Part shown: positions 46,177 to 56,175 of the stretch, one piece after another | Layout of the letters: every line of letters begins with the position of its first letter | How positions within the stretch are numbered: the stretch's first letter is position 1 | Origin: Candidatus Woesebacteria bacterium | GTDB lineage: Bacteria > Patescibacteriota > Microgenomatia > UBA8517 | Length of the DNA: 64,000 nt | Direction: 5' to 3' | NCBI GenBank assembly: GCA_016432525.1 | Contig: CP066693.1 | Span: 30,017-94,016, forward strand | Program-made: the position numbers and the translations under genes | The notes under the pieces: model-generated | Databases searched by the model: none | Seen by the model: only the letters and a program-made list of their open reading frames with translations | Told to the model about the DNA's origin: nothing

Positions 46177-46728
46177 ATGGACAAGCTCAAAGCAAATAAA
46201 CTTAGAAAAAGCAGTCCTAACCCTTCTGATCTCAAAAAAATCAAAAGGAATCCAATTTATTTTATTTTGGACGAAGTCATTGATACTTACAATATCGGAT
46301 CCCTTTTCAGGCTTGCTGATGCAGTAGGAGTGGAAAAAATGTATCTCTGTGGAAATATGGAATTTCCCCCTTCATCCCGTGTTCATAAAGCAGCAGTGGG
46401 AACCGAAAACTGGGTCCCCTGGGAAAAACGTGACTCAACATTAGAGGTAATAAAAGAATTAAAAGAAAAAAGCCTGCCTGCCGGTAGGCAGGGCGTTCAA
46501 ATACTTGCAGTTGAACAATCAAAAAATTCAATCTCTTATAAAGATTTAAAACCAAATTTTCCAGTTGCATTAGTTTTGGGAAATGAAACTAGAGGAATAA
46601 GTGAAGAAATTTTACAAAAGGTAGATTTATCAGTAGAGCTTCCAATGATGGGAATTAATAATTCCTTTAATGTTTGGGGAACCGCAGCTGTTGTAGCTTA
46701 TAAACTCCTGGAATTTTTATTTATTTAA
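46177..46728 (+). CDS. SpoU/TrmH-family (SPOUT) RNA 2'-O-methyltransferase.
   Basis: Motifs LVLGNETRGISEE and …MMGINNSFNVWGTAAVVAY at the SPOUT knot region. Confidence 0.7.
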   Translation: MDKLKANKLRKSSPNPSDLKKIKRNPIYFILDEVIDTYNIGSLFRLADAVGVEKMYLCGNMEFPPSSRVHKAAVGTENWVPWEKRDSTLEVIKELKEKSLPAGRQGVQILAVEQSKNSISYKDLKPNFPVALVLGNETRGISEEILQKVDLSVELPMMGINNSFNVWGTAAVVAYKLLEFLFI

Positions 46729-47527
46729 GCGCGCTATCGATAGCACCTTGCATGTCTTTAAAGCTATAAGCTCCAGCAAAAGGAGTTGTATTTACAAAAA
46801 ATCCAGGTGTCCCAGATACTCCAAGGCCTTGGGCGATTGTTGTATCAGAAGTAAGTTTACTATCATATTTTCCGCTATCAAGACACGATTTCATGAATGT
46901 TGAATCAACCACATTCTTTAAAAAATCAGCAACTTTTTGAGATTGAGCCTTATCATTTTTAACATCATTATTCATTAAATTATATCCGCTATTACTCATA
47001 ATAAGGTCATGTGCTTCCCAAAATTTACCCTTCTCATCAGCACAATATAAAGCTTTCATCCCCATTTCTCCGTTTCCGTGTCCAGGAAAGTAAACATACA
47101 AAAATGATGCTTTACCAGAGTCCACTAGCTTTCTCATACCAGTAACCGGAGCCTGATAAGTTCCACCGTCACTATCCAACTTAAATGTCGCACCCATTTG
47201 GGAATTAAGCTGGGGATCTTCTCCTCCAGCTACATGACAATAAGGACAAGATGGATCACCAACTTCAACAAACAAAACTTTTCGATTTGCATCCCCAAAT
47301 TTAATTAAATCATTATTAGCAAAAAGTTTTTTAATTTGATCAAGTGTAACAGTTGCAGCTTGTTGAGCTGGCGTTGGGTTTGTTGTTGTAGCTGTATTTG
47401 TTGTAGTTGTTCCTGAAACGCTCCCTTTCTCAAGTTGAGTTACTTTCTGCCACAAAATACCCATTCCAAAAACAAGAGCGAAAATTACAACTAAAAATAC
47501 AGAAGAAAATCTATCCAAAAGTCGCAT
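46721..47527 (-). CDS. DsbA-like thiol:disulfide oxidoreductase (thioredoxin fold), membrane-anchored or secreted.
   Basis: N-terminal transmembrane helix. CPYC active site (VGDPSCPYCHVAGG). Confidence 0.7.
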   Translation of the reverse strand: MRLLDRFSSVFLVVIFALVFGMGILWQKVTQLEKGSVSGTTTTNTATTTNPTPAQQAATVTLDQIKKLFANNDLIKFGDANRKVLFVEVGDPSCPYCHVAGGEDPQLNSQMGATFKLDSDGGTYQAPVTGMRKLVDSGKASFLYVYFPGHGNGEMGMKALYCADEKGKFWEAHDLIMSNSGYNLMNNDVKNDKAQSQKVADFLKNVVDSTFMKSCLDSGKYDSKLTSDTTIAQGLGVSGTPGFFVNTTPFAGAYSFKDMQGAIDSALK

Positions 47528-47540
47528 AGAAATAATTCTC

Positions 47541-48467
47541 TTAGAGATTCTTCATATTGTCAAGATAGGAAATCGTATCCATACCAGCCATACAACCAAA
47601 CCCAGCAGCAGTTATTGCCTGTTTATAATGATTGTCGTGTACGTCTCCAGCAACAAATACCCCCTCTATATTAGTTTTAGTGTGATCAAAAACTTTAATA
47701 AACCCATGCTCATCCATATCAATTTTATCTTTAAAAATATCACTATCTGGTTTATGTCCAATAGCTATAAAAAGCCCGTCAACCAAAAGCTCAGTTTGAC
47801 TATTGTCACGATTATTCTTAATTATTAACTTTTCAAGCTTTGTGTCGCCTTCTGCTTCAATTACTTCTGTATTCCACAAAATCTTAATTTTTTTATCGTT
47901 CAAAACTTTATCTTGCATAGTTTTACTTGCCCTAAAACTATCCCTTCTGTGAATTAGAGTAAGTTCCTTAACAAATTTAGTTAAAACTAATGCCTCCTCC
48001 ATTGCAGAATCTCCACCTCCAACAACAGCAACTCTTTTATCTTTAAAAAAGGGAGCATCGCAAGGAGCACAAGAAGAAACACCTCTACCTATTAGATTAG
48101 AGATTCCCGGAGCATTAAGCCAAAGAGTCTGTGCTCCAGTTGCAATAATGACACTTCTTGATAAATATTTGTTTTCACTAACTATTTCAAAAGGTTTTTT
48201 TGAAAAATCAACTTTAGTTACAGCTTTCTCAATAAACGAAGCCCCAAACCTTTCAGCTTGTCTTCTCATAAGCCCCATTAAATCCGGCCCCATAATCCCT
48301 TCAGGAAATCCAGGAAAATTATCAACTGTAGTAGTTAACATCAGCTGCCCTCCCCAATTTTCACCACCAAAAATCAATGTATTCAAAGAACCTCTAGTGG
48401 TATAAATTGCAGAAGTTAAAGCTGAAGGGCCAGAACCTATTATGGTTACATCCCAAATTTTGTCCAT
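47541..48467 (-). CDS. trxB: Thioredoxin-disulfide reductase.
   Basis: FAD-binding GSGPSALTSAIY. Redox-active CAPC. NAD(P)-binding GGGDSAMEEA. About 308 aa. Confidence 0.85.
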   Translation of the reverse strand: MDKIWDVTIIGSGPSALTSAIYTTRGSLNTLIFGGENWGGQLMLTTTVDNFPGFPEGIMGPDLMGLMRRQAERFGASFIEKAVTKVDFSKKPFEIVSENKYLSRSVIIATGAQTLWLNAPGISNLIGRGVSSCAPCDAPFFKDKRVAVVGGGDSAMEEALVLTKFVKELTLIHRRDSFRASKTMQDKVLNDKKIKILWNTEVIEAEGDTKLEKLIIKNNRDNSQTELLVDGLFIAIGHKPDSDIFKDKIDMDEHGFIKVFDHTKTNIEGVFVAGDVHDNHYKQAITAAGFGCMAGMDTISYLDNMKNL

Positions 48468-48475
48468 AAGCTTTT

Positions 48476-48736
48476 CTATACTGCACCACCAGTGTTTCCA
48501 GTATTATTACCTCCCCCAATTGGAGGAATAGCTGTTTCCTCTGTAGGCTCACCCACAGAAGCAACTGGTTCAGTTGATTCTACTGGCTCAACAGGAGATT
48601 CTCCTGTTGGTCCGACTGGCATTGCAGGAGTATCTGCAACTGGCGCCTGAGAAGTAGTATCAGCTCCCATTCCAGTGTCTCCTGGCATTGTTGGCATTGT
48701 TCCCGTCATAGGTTTTGTTGTTGTGTCATCTTGCAT
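48476..48736 (-). CDS. Low-complexity Thr/Pro/Gly-rich small protein (86 aa); may not be a real gene.
   Basis: ORF between trxB and trxA on the same strand; compositionally biased. Confidence 0.3.
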   Translation of the reverse strand: MQDDTTTKPMTGTMPTMPGDTGMGADTTSQAPVADTPAMPVGPTGESPVEPVESTEPVASVGEPTEETAIPPIGGGNNTGNTGGAV

Positions 48737-48762
48737 TTAAATCACCTCCTTTTAAATTTTGG

Positions 48763-49083
48763 CTATAAGCCACGCTTCATTAAATCTTCAAATGCTTTTT
48801 TTCCTTTAAACCCAATCTCTCGCCCAATCTCTTTGCCACCTTTAAAAAGAACAGTCGTTGGGATTGACATAATTCCATATTTAGAAGAAGTGCTTTGGTT
48901 TACATCAACATCAAGTTTTGCAACAACTATCTTTTCTTTATATTCATCTGATAATTCCTCCAAAACTGGTCCAGCCATTTTACAAGGCCCACACCAGGTA
49001 GCCCAAAAATCAACTAAAACTGGCATTTTGTTCTGAAGAACTTTTGCATCAAAATCTGAGTCAGTTACATTAACAGTTGCCAT
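48763..49083 (-). CDS. trxA: Thioredoxin.
   Basis: WCGPC active site (FWATWCGPCKM). 106 aa. Confidence 0.85.
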   Translation of the reverse strand: MATVNVTDSDFDAKVLQNKMPVLVDFWATWCGPCKMAGPVLEELSDEYKEKIVVAKLDVDVNQSTSSKYGIMSIPTTVLFKGGKEIGREIGFKGKKAFEDLMKRGL

Positions 49084-49119
49084 TGATGAGTCTAACTATA
49101 AAAGCTTAAGGGAATATTG

Positions 49120-49926
49120 TCAATGATCACGCGATATATAAAGCCCACCCCAAAGCCCTCCAAAATCGCCCAGTTTAGATTTAACAATTTTGGGTACTTC
49201 AAAAAAATTTCCTATTAAACCATTAACGTTTCGAATTATGTGATTGATATCAATTTGATACATCACTCCTCCCCCTAAAATAAGAATGTTAGGGGACCAA
49301 TGTAAAATTGTATTAGAAACTCCAACCGCTAAATATCTTTCAACTTCTTCCCAAATTTTTGGATCATTTATATCCATCGGACTTTTGCCATATCTTCTTT
49401 CAATTGAAAGTCCACTAATATACGATTCCAAATCTCTACTTTCTCTCAAATCTATTATTTGATGTCCTATTTCAAAACCCGCTGCATTCACATCAATTGC
49501 ACGATCAACTATTCTCACGCCATTTACTCCGCTACTAACTGTTACATAACAAACTATTCTTTCATCTTTTCCTGCCCCGTATACTGCCTCTCCAAGTCCA
49601 GTCAAAAGACAGTCATTATAAATTAAAACACTCATCCCAAGTTTCTCCTCTAAAGTTTTCTTGATAGGTTTATTTACCCAATCAGCTAAATTTGATTTCA
49701 AAAGTCTGTCATGATCTTTATCCATAGGTCCAGCCAAACCAACAATTGCTCTTTCACTTTTAATTTCATTCAGCAAATTTTTGGCACGAACAGATATAAG
49801 ATTCATTGCCTCGTCAAAATTTTTTGGAGTATCAAAAGCATCTTGGTCTGTAATACTAGATAGATCGGAAGAAACCCCAATTCTTGTTTTCGATGCCCCA
49901 ATATCAAAAAACAAATTAGTACTCAT
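49120..49926 (-). CDS. ASKHA-superfamily sugar-kinase-like protein (ROK/BadF/glucokinase-type).
   Basis: N-terminal phosphate-1 loop FFDIGASKTRIGV. Later glycine-rich segments (GLGEAVYGAG, ILGGGVM). Tentative subfamily. Confidence 0.5.
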   Translation of the reverse strand: MSTNLFFDIGASKTRIGVSSDLSSITDQDAFDTPKNFDEAMNLISVRAKNLLNEIKSERAIVGLAGPMDKDHDRLLKSNLADWVNKPIKKTLEEKLGMSVLIYNDCLLTGLGEAVYGAGKDERIVCYVTVSSGVNGVRIVDRAIDVNAAGFEIGHQIIDLRESRDLESYISGLSIERRYGKSPMDINDPKIWEEVERYLAVGVSNTILHWSPNILILGGGVMYQIDINHIIRNVNGLIGNFFEVPKIVKSKLGDFGGLWGGLYISRDH

Positions 49927-51881
49927 TTTTCCAACTCTTCCATTTTTTTAATATATTCTAAAACAGTTATTACAAACTCTGCGTGACTCCAAGAAAGCGG
50001 AGATGCCGAAAGCTGTGCTCCAGTAAAAGGATCAACCTGCTCAGATAATACACCAGATGGTAGTGCATTTTTGAAGACCCAGTTAAGCCATTCTTTCACT
50101 TTTTTAAGATCATCCAATGTCTTAGAAACAGAGATTTGATACTCCGAAAACCACAAAGTTGTTATAAACCAAGGATTCCCAGGAATATCTTTTGAAACTC
50201 TGTAATATTGATCATTTTCAAATCTTGAAATTCCTGACAATTTTGTCTGGCATATAAGCTTGTCTTTGATTACTTTCAAAAAAGACGTAAGTTGTGGCTC
50301 TTCTGTTCCTAAAACTCCAAATTTAAAAAGTCCATAAAAACTGCTCATGTCGACTGTATTATCATGAAGTATTTTCCCGTCCTTAATATCAATTAGTTTA
50401 TAAAAATAACCTCCTTGGGTTTCATAAAGATATTTCAAAATTGCTTCCTTCATTTGCATTGCTCCATCCATATAAATTTTTTCATCCTTTTCTTTTCCCA
50501 AAAGTTTTGCAAAATTAGAAGAAGCAATCAAAGCCGCATAAACATTTGATGCTGTATAAGTCGAAATTCCAAATTTCATTTCCCATAAATCATACGAAGG
50601 CGCACAAAGCTGTGTAGTTCCATCACGAAACCCCAACATAAAATTTGAAGCAGGACGAATCAAACTATCATAGACATTCTCAATAAATTCCAAATCAAGT
50701 GCGTGTTGGTAGTGATTCCAAAGAGCCCAAATAACACTTGCAGTTTCATCTTCCTGAATAGGAAGTTGTCTCACACCATCTTTAATATAAGGGTGCCATG
50801 AAGATCCAACAGATTTATCTGCTCTATATTTATGAAAAAAATACCCTTCAGTAGAAATTACATCATTCGCAAACTCAAAAAATTTCCTCGATACTTCAGG
50901 ATACCCCGCCATGTCTAGTGCTCTTGCTACATATGCCCCGTCCCTCATCCAAACATAACCATAAGTATCATGCCCGTACTGAAGCATATCCGAGTCCCCC
51001 GATGCGATAATTGATCCATTGTTGTCAACATGAGCCCGCATAATAAGAAGTGATTTTTTAAATAAATCAATAACATCGCTAGATAAATCATAAAAGTCAA
51101 ATCCCATTTTATTGACCCAAGCATGCCAAAAATCCTCAGTTGATTTAATTAAGTGGGAAATTGTTTTAACTTTTACACTTTTGTAAAGATCTTTAGCCTC
51201 TTTTAAAGTCTTCGCATAAGTAAGATACAAGCTAAATTCAAATTGTGAATTTGTATCAATATTCCCCGAAAAACAAATCGTTGAATCAACCGGGCCATGT
51301 TCAATTGGGTTTTTTGACAAAACTCCATCCTCACTATCACGCCAAGTTCCTTCCTGACCTCGATATTGGAAAAAACCAATTGTATAATCATCAAAGCTCT
51401 TTCCATTATTATCACCACCAATTACAACAATCCGCCTTCCCTTATAGTGAACAATTGTGTCATCTGCTGGGTCGAAGTAAGCAGTATCTCCTCGAACTGT
51501 TTCATAAAAATGAAATTGGTGATTAAAAAAAACTTTTACCTGACGTTTATAATTTGCCTTATTTTTAACACTAACTTTCCTTATAAAAATATCCGCCTCG
51601 TTATATAAAACATCATGAAATAAAAGCTCAACCTTGAGTTTCTCATTAACCGCAATAATGCTCGAAGATAAAGTTTCATGCCTTAAATCAATTAAGGTAT
51701 TCCAATCACTTGAATTTATCCAACTAAATACTCCATCAACAAATATTCCAATCCTATCCAAACACCCTTCATACATATGATTCTCAAGTCCTACATAATG
51801 GAAATAAAAATCACGAATTAATCCTTTTGAGTCAAAACACAAAAGAGAGCTTCCATTCCCCAAAACCAAAGATCTAGGCAT
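49923..51881 (-). CDS. Glycoside hydrolase family 15-like protein (glucoamylase/glucodextranase-type (alpha/alpha)6 barrel with an N-terminal beta-sandwich).
   Basis: GYVWMRDGAYVARAL (the WxRD motif of GH15). About 650 aa with an N-terminal domain of about 250 aa. Confidence 0.65.
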   Translation of the reverse strand: MPRSLVLGNGSSLLCFDSKGLIRDFYFHYVGLENHMYEGCLDRIGIFVDGVFSWINSSDWNTLIDLRHETLSSSIIAVNEKLKVELLFHDVLYNEADIFIRKVSVKNKANYKRQVKVFFNHQFHFYETVRGDTAYFDPADDTIVHYKGRRIVVIGGDNNGKSFDDYTIGFFQYRGQEGTWRDSEDGVLSKNPIEHGPVDSTICFSGNIDTNSQFEFSLYLTYAKTLKEAKDLYKSVKVKTISHLIKSTEDFWHAWVNKMGFDFYDLSSDVIDLFKKSLLIMRAHVDNNGSIIASGDSDMLQYGHDTYGYVWMRDGAYVARALDMAGYPEVSRKFFEFANDVISTEGYFFHKYRADKSVGSSWHPYIKDGVRQLPIQEDETASVIWALWNHYQHALDLEFIENVYDSLIRPASNFMLGFRDGTTQLCAPSYDLWEMKFGISTYTASNVYAALIASSNFAKLLGKEKDEKIYMDGAMQMKEAILKYLYETQGGYFYKLIDIKDGKILHDNTVDMSSFYGLFKFGVLGTEEPQLTSFLKVIKDKLICQTKLSGISRFENDQYYRVSKDIPGNPWFITTLWFSEYQISVSKTLDDLKKVKEWLNWVFKNALPSGVLSEQVDPFTGAQLSASPLSWSHAEFVITVLEYIKKMEELEK

Positions 51882-53085
51882 AAATCTGAAGTTTCCTCTC
51901 TATCCGAGTCTCCAAATCAGTCAAAACCCTCATGAAATAAATAAATGCATCATATGGTGAATCATAAGGATTAAAATATTTATGGACATCGCCATCGTTA
52001 AACCATTTCGTACACATATAATAAAAATGATCAGATGTCGTAAGCCTTCTCCAGTCCTCAATAAGTTTTGCATTATTTGTTAAAAACACTTTTTTCTCAA
52101 GTTCATACACTCTCCTTAAAGCATCTTTTTGAATATCATTAGACATCCAAGCCGACAAATCCCTTTCAACATCAGCCCAGGAAATAAAATTTGGGCAGGA
52201 CAAATCCCCAATAGGTTTATATCTTTTTATGGCATCCGTTGGAGTTACAAAATCATTATCTGGATGTTTCAATATTTCACTTGGCAAATTTTCCAAAAAT
52301 TTAAATATTCCAGTATCCTCCCATTGATGTTCTCCAAAAGTTTCATAATCCATAAAAAGATTCACAACCTGCCCATTCCCGTTTATTGAAGAAACCCACT
52401 GTGCAAATTTTTCAGAAGTCAAAGGCCATTCACTCCACGATCGAGAAGAAAACCTAAATGCAATATCATCCGAAAGCTTGTAATTTTTAAGAAGTACTTT
52501 TAGATCCTTAGAGCCAGCTGCTTTATACACAAAATTAGGACTTCTCCAATCCAAAACATGATCTGCTCCTTCAGTAATTATACCTTTATAGCCAATCTTC
52601 TCGATAAATCGCCCTAAATCATCATTATAAATTAACTCCGTATTCCTAAAAACAGTAGGTGTTACTCCAAAAAGCTCTTTTATTTTCTTTTTGTGAAGTT
52701 CAATTTGAGATACGAATTCGGATCTTGAGTATAAAAACGAAAGAGAGTGATAATACGTTTCAGAAAGTAGCTCAACTCTGCCTGTATCAACTAGTTTTTG
52801 GAAAGATTTTAAAGTAGGCTTGGAATATTCTTCAAGTTGTTCCAAAAAAACCCCAGACAAAGAATAAGAAACACAAAATTTTGGGTATTTTTTCAAAAGC
52901 TTTAAAATTAATTTATTTGTAGGAAGGTAACACTTCTCAGAAACCTTCTTGATAATTTTTCGGTTATTAAGATTGCTCTCACTTTTATCATCAAAATAAG
53001 AAGAATTTTTTCCAATATCATAAATTCTATATTTTTTAATTCTTCTTGGCTGATGTACTTGAAAATAGAAACAAACAGATGCCAT
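51874..53085 (-). CDS. Glycoside hydrolase family 57 protein (alpha-amylase / 4-alpha-glucanotransferase type).
   Basis: N-terminal CFYFQVHQPRR (the GH57 HQP signature). Confidence 0.7.
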   Translation of the reverse strand: MASVCFYFQVHQPRRIKKYRIYDIGKNSSYFDDKSESNLNNRKIIKKVSEKCYLPTNKLILKLLKKYPKFCVSYSLSGVFLEQLEEYSKPTLKSFQKLVDTGRVELLSETYYHSLSFLYSRSEFVSQIELHKKKIKELFGVTPTVFRNTELIYNDDLGRFIEKIGYKGIITEGADHVLDWRSPNFVYKAAGSKDLKVLLKNYKLSDDIAFRFSSRSWSEWPLTSEKFAQWVSSINGNGQVVNLFMDYETFGEHQWEDTGIFKFLENLPSEILKHPDNDFVTPTDAIKRYKPIGDLSCPNFISWADVERDLSAWMSNDIQKDALRRVYELEKKVFLTNNAKLIEDWRRLTTSDHFYYMCTKWFNDGDVHKYFNPYDSPYDAFIYFMRVLTDLETRIERKLQIYA

Positions 53086-54294
53086 TTATGTCTTTAAAAG
53101 ATGATTATAAATATCAATTGTCTTATCAGCTGCCTTATCCCAAGTGCATTTCATCGCTTGGTCATGCCCTTCGTGAGATAAAACTTGTCTTAAATTCTTA
53201 TACTGGGTAAGGGCTAAAATCTTATCTGCCATGTCCATTACGTCCCAGAAGTCGCTCTTGAGCGATGCATCAACCACTTCAGAAACTCCAGATTGTTTTG
53301 AAATTAAGATTGGCGTTCCATAAGCCAAAGACTCAAGCGCAGTCAAACCAAATGGTTCAGAAACAGAAGGCATCACAAAAACATCTGAAAGTTTGTAAAG
53401 ATTTGACAACTCCTCTCCTCTCAAAAAACCCGCAAAAAGCACTCTATTTGAAATTCCCATACGCGCGGCCTCCATTATAATTTGATTTTGCATATCTCCA
53501 GATCCTGCTATTACAAATAACACTTTCTTATTGTATTCCAAAACTTTTTTGGCAACCTGCAGAAAATAATCAGGCCCTTTTTGAAGCGTAATCCTCCCTA
53601 CAAAAGAAACTATGCTGTATCCCATTTCCTTAAGTTTGACAATTCCCGAAATATCAGCTCTATTAGGAACATCAAAAGAATCAGGGTTGATACCATTGTG
53701 GACAACATGCACCTTTGATGAATCAATTCCATAATTTGATGTCAGAATATTTTTAGTTAAATTTGAAACAGCAATTACGTCGGTTGCACGGCTGCACCCT
53801 TCTTTCTCTATTTCATAAACTTGTTGGTTTACACCTGTTCCTCCGGTTCTATCAAACTCAGTTGCATGAACATGTGTAACTAATGGCGCACCACTTGTTT
53901 CTTGTGCAGCCTCGCCAGCCAAGAAAGAAAGCCAATCATGAGCATGAATAATATCATGGTCAACCTCAGATGCAATTTCAGATGCAAGCTTCGCATATCT
54001 TGCTACCTCCGCCAATAAATTATTTCCATAAATTGACCGAGCTCTTAATGCCTTCAAACCATAAGACTCAGAAGTTACATACGCCGAAAGTAATGAATTT
54101 ACCCCAATACATTTTAAGCTTGAGTCAGCAAAACGAAACTTCATGTAATTTACATTTACATCAAATCTTTTAGGAAGAACAAATGTTATATCAATGCCTT
54201 TAGAAGAAAGGGCCTGAGTCAAACCCATACATGCAACTCCCAATCCTCCGCTGTTATATGGTGGGAATTCCCACCCGAACATCAATATTTTCAT
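53086..54294 (-). CDS. Glycogen-synthase-like glycosyltransferase (GT5/GT4, GT-B fold).
   Basis: N-terminus MKILMFGWEFPPYNSGGLGVACMGLTQALSSKGI matches the glycogen/starch-synthase 'E-x-P…GGL' ADP-sugar-binding signature. Confidence 0.7.
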   Translation of the reverse strand: MKILMFGWEFPPYNSGGLGVACMGLTQALSSKGIDITFVLPKRFDVNVNYMKFRFADSSLKCIGVNSLLSAYVTSESYGLKALRARSIYGNNLLAEVARYAKLASEIASEVDHDIIHAHDWLSFLAGEAAQETSGAPLVTHVHATEFDRTGGTGVNQQVYEIEKEGCSRATDVIAVSNLTKNILTSNYGIDSSKVHVVHNGINPDSFDVPNRADISGIVKLKEMGYSIVSFVGRITLQKGPDYFLQVAKKVLEYNKKVLFVIAGSGDMQNQIIMEAARMGISNRVLFAGFLRGEELSNLYKLSDVFVMPSVSEPFGLTALESLAYGTPILISKQSGVSEVVDASLKSDFWDVMDMADKILALTQYKNLRQVLSHEGHDQAMKCTWDKAADKTIDIYNHLLKT

Positions 54295-54363
54295 GGCAAG
54301 CTGGACCCACCTAGTAGGCCTTATCTTACTATACCTCCTTTTTAAAAAAATGAATATGTTCTT

Positions 54364-54903
54364 TTAGAAGATTACGGATAGTCCAAATACTAAAATTGTT
54401 CCAATAACCAAATATAAGGCTGCTTGTCCTCGATCAAGGTTAAATCTAAATTTTGTAAACCAATGATTGATTGTATCAATGGTTACTAAATCTATAAATT
54501 GATCAATTAATAGATGGAGTGAAAATCCAATAACTATTCCTCTACCTAAAAGGTTCATTGAAGAACTAAGAACAAAGAAAGTCAGAATAAAAAAAATAAT
54601 TTGAAACAAAAAATTATGAAATACCAGATTAGTTCTTTCAGATCTACTCTCGGAAAGTAAAGCAAATGCTCTCAGAAAATCGCGTTTATTAACTTCGTAT
54701 GTAACCCTCTGTGAAGTAAGCTCATACGGTCGCATTAAATAAACATAAAGAATATGATCGATATCAGGAAGCATTGTCCCAACAAGTCCTCCAATCCAGA
54801 AAGAATAATAAGAAAGATTAATCCACTTCTTGATTAAAGATATAAAAAAGAAAAACAGCAAGAATGAAATTATGTGAACAAAAACTTCACGCTTAAGAGC
54901 CAT
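54364..54903 (-). CDS. Membrane protein, possibly a metal-dependent hydrolase (DUF457/YdjM-like).
   Basis: Several transmembrane helices and an LPDIDH motif. Tentative. Confidence 0.35.
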   Translation of the reverse strand: MALKREVFVHIISFLLFFFFISLIKKWINLSYYSFWIGGLVGTMLPDIDHILYVYLMRPYELTSQRVTYEVNKRDFLRAFALLSESRSERTNLVFHNFLFQIIFFILTFFVLSSSMNLLGRGIVIGFSLHLLIDQFIDLVTIDTINHWFTKFRFNLDRGQAALYLVIGTILVFGLSVIF

Positions 54904-54925
54904 TCTTCATCATGATAACACAATT

Positions 54926-55903
54926 TTAGTCGATAAATACCTGCACAAACATCTTCCCGTACACCCCATTATCAATAACTCCAATTCCAATTTTCTTAAA
55001 TCGCTTGTCTAGTATATTTTCTCTGTGTCCTTCTGAATTCATAAGCCCTTGATGTGCAGTAGAAAGTGTTGGAGCAAGCGCTAAATTTTCCCCAGCAAAA
55101 GAATAAATAATCCCTACTTTATTAAGTCTATCACCAACATCTTCTCCTTCAGGTGAATAATGACTAAAATACTTCCTTTCCCACATATCCGTAGCATGTC
55201 CCCTCGCAACAGGAACAATATCTGAATCCCAAGTAAGGTTCGAAATTCCTCTTTTCTGTCTTTCCGAGTTCACTAACTTAAACATTTCAGTTTCCGAATT
55301 CTCATCAACAGTAAGTACCTTGTTGTCAACATTTAAACTGACACTCTCGCGTGTTCCAGGCTCAACAGTTAAATAAGTTAATGTGTCTTTAATAAGTCCA
55401 CCAAAAACCTCATCAAACTTACTTTCAACAAAGGACATTTGTGTAATCAAACTTCCACCAATTTTCGAGTTAGAGATATCACCTTTTATCTTTGGAGTAA
55501 TAGGAAGCCCTAAAATAAGTGTTAAAAAGAAAGAAATTAAAACAAGACTTTGCAAAAACGAAGGTATAATCGATAAAATCCTAACCCAAATTCCCAGTAA
55601 GTATTTCTTAGGAATTTTAGAAATCAAACTCAAAAAAAGGAAACTTAAAACTCCTTGCATTAAAATTGAAATCACCAAAAAAGAAATAACATTAGAAACA
55701 GAATTTGACAATGAAAAATTAGTTTTGATTAAATTTGCACCAAATTTATATAGCCACAAAGAAATTGAAAATGACCCAACAAGAGAAATAAGCTCAGCCA
55801 AACTTACCCAAAATCCTATTTGAAAACCTTCAAACACAAAGAAGATAATTATTCCCAAAATGATCAAATCCACCCAGTTACCCTGTAAGCTTGGAATATT
55901 CAT
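54926..55903 (-). CDS. Fusion of a CvpA-like membrane domain with a C-terminal CAP/SCP (cysteine-rich secretory protein family) domain.
   Basis: The N-terminal 150 aa are polytopic (CvpA-like). The C-terminus GHATDMWERKYFSHYSPEGEDVGDRL…AGENLA…HQGLMNSEGHRENIL carries CAP-domain signature blocks. Confidence 0.5.
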   Translation of the reverse strand: MNIPSLQGNWVDLIILGIIIFFVFEGFQIGFWVSLAELISLVGSFSISLWLYKFGANLIKTNFSLSNSVSNVISFLVISILMQGVLSFLFLSLISKIPKKYLLGIWVRILSIIPSFLQSLVLISFFLTLILGLPITPKIKGDISNSKIGGSLITQMSFVESKFDEVFGGLIKDTLTYLTVEPGTRESVSLNVDNKVLTVDENSETEMFKLVNSERQKRGISNLTWDSDIVPVARGHATDMWERKYFSHYSPEGEDVGDRLNKVGIIYSFAGENLALAPTLSTAHQGLMNSEGHRENILDKRFKKIGIGVIDNGVYGKMFVQVFID

Positions 55904-56175
55904 GACTTTTGGTTTCTGAGTTGTTTAACTTTCCACATAAACAAACGGGGCTTGCTTTTAGCATTATAAGCATCGGAAACAAAACTACGAGCAGCATCAA
56001 GTATACCTCGAGGAGTCTCTTTTGCAAGCTTTATATAAAGCGATTTATGCTTCAAATCATTAAACTCAACAGCCAAATCATATCCGTATTTTTGAAATTC
56101 TACAGATATATATTTTTCTTTCTTTACCTCAAACTTTTTTAAAACATCAGATATGTGGGAAAAATCTTTTGTCAT
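55900..56175 (-). CDS. Hypothetical small protein (91 aa).
   Basis: ORF only; overlaps its neighbours. Confidence 0.3.
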   Translation of the reverse strand: MTKDFSHISDVLKKFEVKKEKYISVEFQKYGYDLAVEFNDLKHKSLYIKLAKETPRGILDAARSFVSDAYNAKSKPRLFMWKVKQLRNQKS

